Positions 55,125-64,000 of a DNA stretch of 64,000 bases are shown piece after piece (within the stretch, counting starts at the first letter, position 1; each line of letters starts with the position of its first letter). This DNA is from Octopus sinensis (lineage: Eukaryota). The notes under the pieces were generated by a model. It was not told where the DNA came from. It saw nothing but the letters and a program-made list of their open reading frames with translations, and did no database searches. The stretch lies in NCBI RefSeq assembly GCF_006345805.1, contig NC_042999.1:65348001-65412000 (forward strand). The letters run 5' to 3'. A program made the translations under genes and the position numbers.

Positions 55125-56687
55125 ATGTATGTATGTTTGTTTGTGTTTGTCACCCTCAGTATCGCTGACAACCGATGGCAGTGTGTTTACATCCCCGTAA
55201 GCTAGTGGTTCGGTGAAAGAGGCCGATAGAATATCTACTAATCTTACAAAGAATAAGTCCTGGGGTTGATCTGTCCGACTAAAAGCCGTACTCGGGTATG
55301 TCCGCAGTCATGTCTGCAATATATATATATAGAGAGAGATAGATAGAATTAAATGAGATAGATAGATAGATGGGGAGAGAGTGAGGTAGAGAGAGAACGA
55401 GAGAGAGAGCTACATTCACCTGCGCAACAAACATGTTTTGGCTCCTCAATGTGTCACCATTTTCCTTGGTTACTATAACAATATACCTGGGGCTAGATCA
55501 TGTGTAATCATCTGATTATTTTGTATTTTTAGAATCAAATTTGCGCTAATCTTATATGGAACAATAAACGGAAAATGTCGAGAAATGTCTTTTGTTGTTT
55601 CTCAACCTCAGGCCATTTATTGTTCGGTCATAACTATGGTGAAAATTGAAGCAAATCCGACATATTTCTTTGCTGCAGTATTATATATTCGGATATATTT
55701 GTTTTTGATGACAATACAGTGTAATTTAACGGCTGCTATTTCTTGCAAGAACACCCATTTAGAATCCCTCTTGTCATTTCTATATGTTAGGAACATAGTT
55801 TCATAAAGCTTTGCATATCTGTCCATCCGTAGCTCTTTCCTCTTCTTTCTGTTATTGCTGTTTGGGAGGACCTGATTATCACAATCTCTCAGTTATTGTC
55901 TGTGTTTGAAAAACAATAAGAAGTTGAAACAGGGATGGCTTTCTGTTGTGATATTATCTATTAGAAATAATGTGATTCAGTATAATTTTCAAATATTCTA
56001 ATATGTAATCAGACATTTCATGTATATAATCTTTTCTTTCGCGTTACACATCATGCCTATCACTTACTTGGCACATAAGAGAGAGGATGAGAGAGAGAGA
56101 GAGAAAGAGAGAGAAAGAGAGAGAAAGAGACAGAGGGAGAACGATAGGTAGATAGATATACATATATATAGAGAGAGACTATGTTTTAGTGTGAAGATGT
56201 GGATTCATGGCACGAAGTATGGGTAGTGTGTCGTATACTGATTCATAGATAGAAATTATTCATGTAACTGGGACGTAGTCGAAAAGGTGAGGCACTCCAC
56301 CAGCTTTTAGATCTCCCGGTATTTATATTCTGCTGTACTTCAGAGCCCATTGCATGTATTTTCAGAAGAGGTAAGCATTCTCATTACTTGAAGACTGTTT
56401 ATTTGTTCGATCCTCATATTATATAATGCAAAATCGATCTTAGCGTGATTTGAGCTCAGAATATAAAAAGCTGGATGAAATTTAGGCAATTTGTACGACT
56501 CTAACGACTCTACTAATGGGTCATATTATGTCTGATTTCCATAAAGCATTTGTACATTGCTGCTATTATTATTGTTGTCTAACTGTAGGTCAGTTTATTC
56601 AATGCAGACTCATAACCAAAGATGATTAAGAAGAGTTATCATGCGATCTTCTATATTCATAATTACTTGAAACCTATATTTTAATGG

Positions 56688-56995
56688 TGTGGAGGCACAT
56701 GGCCAAGTGGTTAGATCAGCGGACTCGCAGTCGAGGGATCGCGGGTTCAAATCTCAGACCGGGCGATGTGTGTGTTTATGAGCGAAACATCTAAGCTCCA
56801 CGCAACTCCGGCAGAAGGTAATAGCGAACTTCTGCTGACTCTTTCGCCACAACTTTTTCTCACTCTTTCCTCCTGCATCTTGCAGCTCACCTGCGATGGA
56901 CCGGCGTCCCGTCCGGGTGGGGAGCTTATACGCCAAGGAAACCGGGAAACCGGCCGTTATCAGACAGGCGTGGCTCGAGAAGGAACAAACAATAT
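56688..56995 (+). mobile_element. SINE (family B)
   Basis: Head GGTGTGGAGGCACATGGCCAAGTGGTTAG homologous to 6253. Confidence 0.75.
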
Positions 56996-57123
56996 ATTTT
57001 AATGAGTTTAAGGAGAAAAGACAAAAGGCAATTATTTTCTGCTTTCAAGATTGTTCACGAGAAGAGAAAGTTATTGTACGACCGGGACGAAATATTCGCA
57101 ACAGAGTTGACACAACTAAATTA

Positions 57124-58015
57124 TTGGGTCATTCTATAAATGATGCGCTTTTATAAATGATACCTCTTTTATTTTTCAAAATTAACATAAACAAAGTTCT
57201 TTTTTTTAATCTAAAATATACTCTCCTTTATTTTCTACAATACTCTTCTATCTATCTGTTAGACGTGCACGGCCTCTCTTCCATATTCCACTTGTCCGTG
57301 CCGAAAAATACTCCTCCACTACTGTTCTGACCTACAGAATTCATATTTTTCCGTCCAAATGACTATGAAGACAGCAGAATGAATTATAATTAGATGGAGA
57401 AATGTGCAGTGATTATGGTGGGTGGGGCATTGTTTCCCATTCAAACTGCTCCAGCCTTTGGAATATCATCCTCGTTGTATGTGACCGAGCATTATCCTGA
57501 TGGAAGAACACTTTTCATTGTGAAACCAATGATTGTCGTTTTTCTATCGCTGTTAAGAATGACTGATTGAATGACCAAATCCGAAGTTCTCTGCTAGTTC
57601 TCCAACAGTTACGTGAGTTTTAATTCCACCAAGGTTTGCAGGACGTCCTCGTCGAGCTCTACAGATCTTCCAGGACGTAGTTTCAAGCTCAGAATTTCTG
57701 GAACCACATTTGAGACTGGCTTACGCATTTTGTCCAATCCTCATACACTGCATTAATATTCCCCGCACTTTCCGTAGCGTAGGTGCCTTTATTGAACTCA
57801 TAAAGCAAAATATGCCGAATATGCTCCTTTGTCACTTCCATTGAAAAAATAACTGTCAAAATCGAACTGCGCTCATTAAAACTTGCGCTAAGAATAAGGT
57901 CAACATAAAATTACTACCTGCTTTTATAGAAAGTCGATGCAGGTTGTTTATCCCGTCCCCTCCAACTGTTAGCTCATGCAATTGTAAAAACCGCATCACT
58001 TATGGGAAGACACAA
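57124..58015 (-). mobile_element. Internally deleted mariner remnant (third family)
   Basis: About 29-bp imperfect TIRs with TA flanks; MEVTKEHIRHILLYEFNKG, PGRSVELDEDVLQTLVE, LEQFEWETMPHPP. Confidence 0.85.
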
Positions 58016-60320
58016 TATATATATAATGTCTTTTTGGTGGCACTAAAAACAATGTAGTAAATGTAACAGCTGAGAAGAGGAATTGTCTTTGAGGCAAATT
58101 TTTTTTGAGTTCACGTCTACCATATTTTGCTGATGCGGCTTTTGTCGATTCGTGTATATGTTGGAACACACTTGTCCAATGCGTTGTGCCGAGTAAAGAA
58201 ATTAGTGACCACGTATTTGCAAGGCGAATTTCCGTAGCATACAACCATTCGCACAGCGATGAACGGTGTCAGCAGTAATTGAAGTCGATAAAACAGTATC
58301 CATTTTATTTACAGAAATATAATACACATGGATCCAAGAAGCAAGCATTTGTTAAACTGACAATGATAGCAATAATGTGTTAGTGTCCCTGTCATACGCA
58401 TAATTCCCTCGCTCGCACGCTTCTGTGATTGCTTCTATGCAAATCTGTATCTAGAAATTAATTGAAGAAATTAATATGAAACTATATGCCTTGTTTGGTA
58501 ATTACGCTGAATTAACTGTTCATGCAAATGAAATAGACAGAAATATGACGCTGTTTCTGTGTGTGATGGCGCAGTGTGTGTAATGGCGAAACGTGAAGTT
58601 AGAATTAGCTGCAGAGACATTAGACATTGCAGCGGGAGTATTCATATGACATGAAATGACTTCAAACTAAGATGATTATTTTCGTATTTTTTTACTACTT
58701 TGTCATTGGTTAATATCACCTACTTATGACTTAAATCCAAAAGATGCATCTGAAAAAATTACTATTTTCTATCTCTGTGAAGTGAAAGCTTTTCCGTATT
58801 TTGTTTGGTGTCTATATTATATTAACACGATAATGTATTTCCTGCTGTCTATTTTAATGTTCTATTGCTATTAAAAATGATTAAGTAGTATATAAGATTG
58901 CAATATAATAGCATTCACAAATGGATGGTCCCTGACATAGACTTGCGTATACTATTACTATTCTCACAGTCGTGTAATAAAAAAAAATATATCCTATTTA
59001 TAATGTGATAGAGGCAGTATTTAATAATATTTATAATCTAAATCAGACATTGCTATTTATATATTCCCAATATACAGCATGACATTTGAACAAATTATAT
59101 CACATTTTCAGAGTTATATCTAAGTACAAGCTAAATTCACCTAGAATCGTTCAGGCATATATACTTTTTGTCGAATTTATTTCAACATCATCTACTATAA
59201 GAAGAATTCAATTTTTAAGCCATAAATGAATACAAGGATACACATTGAAATGCAGAAAGGAGAAGAGGGTTAAAACAGTGGCATTTTTTGTCGCGGTTTT
59301 CGACGATGAAATCGTTAGCCATCGTTTTGCCTGAATAAAATGTGGTAGATTCCAGCAAGAATGTCATCACGTAATACCCACTAATACCCATTATAATAAG
59401 ATAACACTATAATAAGATAACATTATAATAAGATAATATGTTAACAGTTCCCTAACATATAAAAAAGATTCATGTGATAGGTGGAAAGAAGCTATAAGCT
59501 TCATGTTGAAATATAATGGAGAGATATTTGTTTGAATCGATGGAATATTTGCATAAACAGTTATGGGGACTCAGATAATATTTCTATTTCTGCTTTTGAT
59601 ACTGCTCTTTGTCTTGTATATTTAAATGTTTCAGTAGTTCTTAGAGCGGACGGAATTAGTAGAAAGGATAAGTGCAGTGGGTGATGCTCTGTGTCACGTT
59701 CATCAACTCCATAGAGATTTATGTAATTAAGAAAAGAAACTGTAAACCGAATTATTTATTAAAACTCCACCGGGAGATATATAAATAAGGACATATTGGT
59801 TAATGAATCACAGGTTAGACTATTACTGAAAGCTAGATGGAAATGTCACGGACGGAAAACACTAATCATATGATTATTGAATAGTGGCTGACCTTATCTA
59901 AACAATAACTATAAATACAGTAAGAAAATAGAAATTTACAGGCTTATGACAAATACTGGGTAGCATCACGACTTATATCTGCCACACAGATTTACTACGT
60001 GTTATATATTACATGTCAATATCAAAATAGATTTCTTTTTTTATTTCGGCATGACTCGTAACCCAATAATAAATAACTGACTGCCGTGATAAGATCTAAA
60101 CAGCTTGATAGAATTGTATGAATGAAAGACTATGGAGTTGAACAAATAGCCAAATTTAATCTTTTAAAATAATAGAATAATAGCAGATGAAAGCAACAAA
60201 CAGTAGAACAACCTTGTATATTTTCTGTTCCTCGTCGAATACATTTAATTTTATTCGTGTCAGTTTTAATGTAAAACCATAAACTTTATGCATAAATCAC
60301 TATCTATCTACGTGTGTGTG

Positions 60321-60368
<48 letters not shown>

Positions 60369-60384
60369 TATATATATATATATT

Positions 60385-60795
60385 CACTTTTACTCTTTTC
60401 CTCTTTTACTTGTTTCAGTCATCTGACAGCGGCTATGCTGGAGCACCGGCTTTAGTCGAGCAAATCGACCCCAGGACTTATTCTTTGGAAGCGTAGTAAT
60501 TATTCCATCGGACTCTTTTGCCGAACCGCTAAGTTACGGGATCGTAAAACACCAGCATCGGTTGTCATGCGAGGTTGAGGGGACAAACACGGACACACAA
60601 ACGTAGACACACACATATATATGCATATATACGACGGGCTTCTTTTAGTTTCCATCTACCAAATCCACTCACAAGGCTTTGGTCGGCCCGCGGCTATAGT
60701 AGATGATATTTTCCCAAGGTACCACGCAGTGGGACTGAATCCGGAACCATGTGGTTGGTAAGCAAGCTACTTACCATACAGCCACTCCTGTGCCT
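60385..60795 (-). mobile_element. SINE (family A), full length
   Basis: Homology to the other copies. Confidence 0.85.
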
Positions 60796-60799
60796 ACAT

Positions 60800-60858
<59 letters not shown>

Positions 60859-60859
60859 G

Positions 60860-60947
<88 letters not shown>

Positions 60948-61456
60948 ATATAGGATAGTGGTACCACAATGCGCCAATATTTACTGGAAGTAGCTGACGA
61001 TATATATGACGCTATAGTAAAGCTTCACTATATATAATGGCAAAGACGTTTGTGTGAGGCGAACATGAAAACATTCACTTTACCTGTCGGAAGAATATTA
61101 ATATATGTACAGCACCGATGTGGATAATCTAGGACCTGGATTTCGAACTTACCAAATGACGTTTGTTAACGTATACTTGATTAGTTCCCTTCGGTTAGAT
61201 TCAGCTAGACAAAATTTCAAATATCGCCTACATAAATGCCAGCATTACTCGTCTGAATGCCTGCCCGTAATCACACCGAGAACAGTGAAAAAGTTTTCAA
61301 AGAAAAAATTATTGAAAAGTGCAATGCAATAGTATATTATCGTCTGCTGCTTCCAGTAAATATTGGTGCCTTGTACCACTATCCTATATTTATACTTTAC
61401 CTTGATGTTGCTTAGTTTTACTGGGAAGCAATACTACTGTACTGCACTATTCAATA

Positions 61457-61508
<52 letters not shown>

Positions 61509-61623
61509 TCCCTACTGAGAATGACCAATTATAAGAGAATCTTACATTGCTTATAAACTCTACATCAGGATGGACTCATATTAAACTATGTTGGACTTTT
61601 GGATTTTACTCAAAGAATATTGG

Positions 61624-61677
61624 AATATTACACATACGAGTAATATTACACATACGAGTAATATTACACATACGAGT
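61624..61677. repeat. 3 x 18-bp tandem repeat AATATTACACATACGAGT
   Basis: Three exact copies at the damaged end of mariner copy 3. Confidence 0.95.
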
Positions 61678-62936
61678 AACTTCCCATAGCAGTAGAGCAA
61701 CGAAACTTGGCATAGTTATTAGTCTTTTTCTACATAGGAATCACCCAGAGTTACGCATTTCTCCCATCGTTTGATGCGGCTCTGGAGACCGTTTTTGTAG
61801 AAAAACCCAGCTTGGTCATCCAACCTCAACGTGACTTCAGAAATCAAGGCTGCATCATCTGGGAAACGTTTTCTTTTCAAAAACAACTTCATGGCTGGGA
61901 AGAGGTGAGAATCAGAGGGTGCAAGGTCAGGAGAGTAGGAGGGATGGGGAGGAGTTCATAGCCATACGCCTGTGCTTCTGATCTGGCGACAAGCGAGTTG
62001 TGGACCGGAGCGTTGTCCTGCAGGAGGAGGATGACTTTGCTGATCTTGCCCCGCCTCTTGATTTTGATAACTTCTCTTAATTTCCTCAAAAGTGAAGCAT
62101 AATAGGCTCCTGTAATTGTGGTACCCTTTGCCAGGAAATCTGTCATCACTACTCCGTCCTGGTCCTAGAAGACTGTGAGCATGACCTTGCCAACGGAGGG
62201 CTGCACCCTTGCCTTCTTTGGAGGGGGTGAGTCACGGTGCTTCCACTGCATTGACTGGGCTTTGGTTTCTGGATCATCGTGATGGACCCAGGTTTCATCA
62301 TGTGTAATCAGTCTTTTGAAAAATTTTGACTCATCTTTTTAGCACCTCTCCAAATTCACCCTCGAGCACTCGACGCGTTCTTGCTTCTGGAAAGGCGTGA
62401 GCAACCTGGGAATCCATCTGGCAGACACCTTTTGCATATGCAAATGGTCATAAATGATAGTTTCCACAGATCCGGTACTAATCTTGACCTCATGGGCTAT
62501 TTGGCGAATAATTATGCGTCGATCTTCCAAAATGGCAGCCTCAACTTGATGGACAGATGCCTCATCAATGGCAGAAGGGGGCGACCAGATCTGGGAGCTG
62601 TTTCCACAGAGTTCCGACCATGTTTGAATTCACGATGCCAGCGTTTTACAAGGTCATATGATGGGGCATCATCACCATAAGTTACTTTCATTTCATCAAA
62701 AGTCTCCCGTGGTGTGCGTCCTTTCAAATACAAAAACCGGATCACTGCTCGACACTCAACAGGCTCCATTTCACACTTGACTCGGTTCAAACACCTGTAA
62801 ATCAGAAACCACAATTAATTCAGAGCTGTAATTTGCCGCTTACTCTATAGAGATATAAATAATTGCACATGCAAAAGTTCAGCTAGATCAAACAAATGCA
62901 AGTGGGTCAGAGGCATTACTTATTGAACGTCCCTCG
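61678..62936 (-). mobile_element. Mariner (D,D34D) copy 3, defective, one TIR lost
   Basis: Intact TIR and TA at 62936-38; near-identical to copy 1 including its lesions. Confidence 0.95.
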
Positions 62937-62986
62937 TATATATCATTATGCCTATAAAATGGATTTACGAATTCAATAACCATACA

Positions 62987-64000
62987 TGATTGATTGATTG
63001 ATTGATTCTAGTTTCAGCTTATGAGCTGTGGCCATGCTGGGGCACCGCCATTTGGTGTTGCTACTTGGTTTCACTTCATGGAGGCTTTCTAGCAACTGCT
63101 ATTTGGTGCATGAGAGAGTTCGATGCAGCTGCCCTCATCTGCCCCTCCTGCCGTGAAGTTGGTTCATCTGGGACACCTGACAGGAAGAGATCCAGCTTCA
63201 TTTTAAAGACATCTGTATCCACCCCATGCAGGTCTCTCAGGTTCTTCGGGAGGATATTGAAGAGCTGTGGGCCTCGGAAGCCCAGGCTATCACAGAATCT
63301 TGTCCTACATCTTGATGGCAGGTTTGGAGTCCTAGGCCCCACGCAGTGGCGCCCAGTTCTGGCATTTGCGTAACTCTCGATGCCAAAGTTCAGGACACTT
63401 CCCTCCAGGATCTTCCAGATGTATATTATGGCATATCTTTCCCGCCTACGCTCCAGAGAATATAATTTTAATCTCTTGAGTCTTTCCCAGTAGCTTACAT
63501 TCTGCATAGAGGCTATCTTCTTTGTGTAGCTTCGTTGGATCGCCTCAAGTTCTGTGATCAACTTGACACTGGATGGTGACCATAGCTGAGAGCAATAGTC
63601 AAAGTGGCTTAGGACAAGTGTCTTCCAGAGGACCATCATGGTTTTTTGTTCTCTTGTTCTAAAGGTTCTAAGAATCCATCCAGCCAGCCGTCTACATTTC
63701 ATTGTCAGTTTAGCAACATGTACATGAAAGGTCGCGTCATCACTCATGTGAATACCTAGGTCACGCACTGATTGTGCCTCTGGGATTGCAATCCCTCCGG
63801 GTCCAGTGTATTCATTGGGTATTGCATTCAGTTTTGCATGCTGATAGTATAAAGCTTGAAACTTCCAGCATTGAACTGCATGCTATTCTTTTCAGCCCAC
63901 TTGTATATTCGTCCAGCTCACATTGCAGGTGTTAGTGTCATCAGGGTTCTGTATTGCCTGTGAAACTTTTGTATCATCTGCATAACTTATGATCGTGGCT
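62987..64000 (-). mobile_element. CR1/L2-like LINE 3' portion (RT C-terminus and 3' UTR), continues beyond the window
   Basis: ISYADDTK near 63975; RDLGI, LVLSHFDYCSQLWSP, LEAIQR, YWERLKRLKLYSLERRRER, GPQLFNILP; (CAAT)n tail. Confidence 0.92.

Noticed and set aside
61624-61677. CRISPR-like or other spaced repeat array
   Set aside because: Units are contiguous with no spacers, and the DNA is eukaryotic; no CRISPR array is present in the window.

Overview
Eukaryotic, AT-rich, repeat-saturated non-genic (intergenic or intronic) DNA. The microsatellite density and the recurring tRNA-headed SINE families look most like an Octopus/coleoid cephalopod genome (inference from recalled repeat families, not a database result). 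No host protein-coding gene can be supported, and most ORF-track entries are translated (TA)n/(CA)n/(TATC)n tracts. Transposon content: three copies of one D,D34D mariner, a second mariner that hosts one of those copies, a third mariner remnant, a TRT/DD37E-like Tc1, a maT-like remnant, two MITEs and two non-autonomous Helitrons. Retroelement content: Penelope-like (PLE) fragments, LINE fragments (R4/Dong, Hero, RTE-like, CR1/L2-like) and many SINEs. The main finding is a set of six hammerhead-ribozyme (HHR) motifs read by hand. The best lies in a 361-nt, highly structured unit present as about 1.4 tandem copies at 46666-47169, the architecture of a circular-RNA-derived retrozyme. It sits beside a PLE GIY-YIG fragment whose inverted terminal repeats each carry a candidate U3-A8 core-swapped hammerhead. 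All structures were folded by eye and none has been tested for cleavage.
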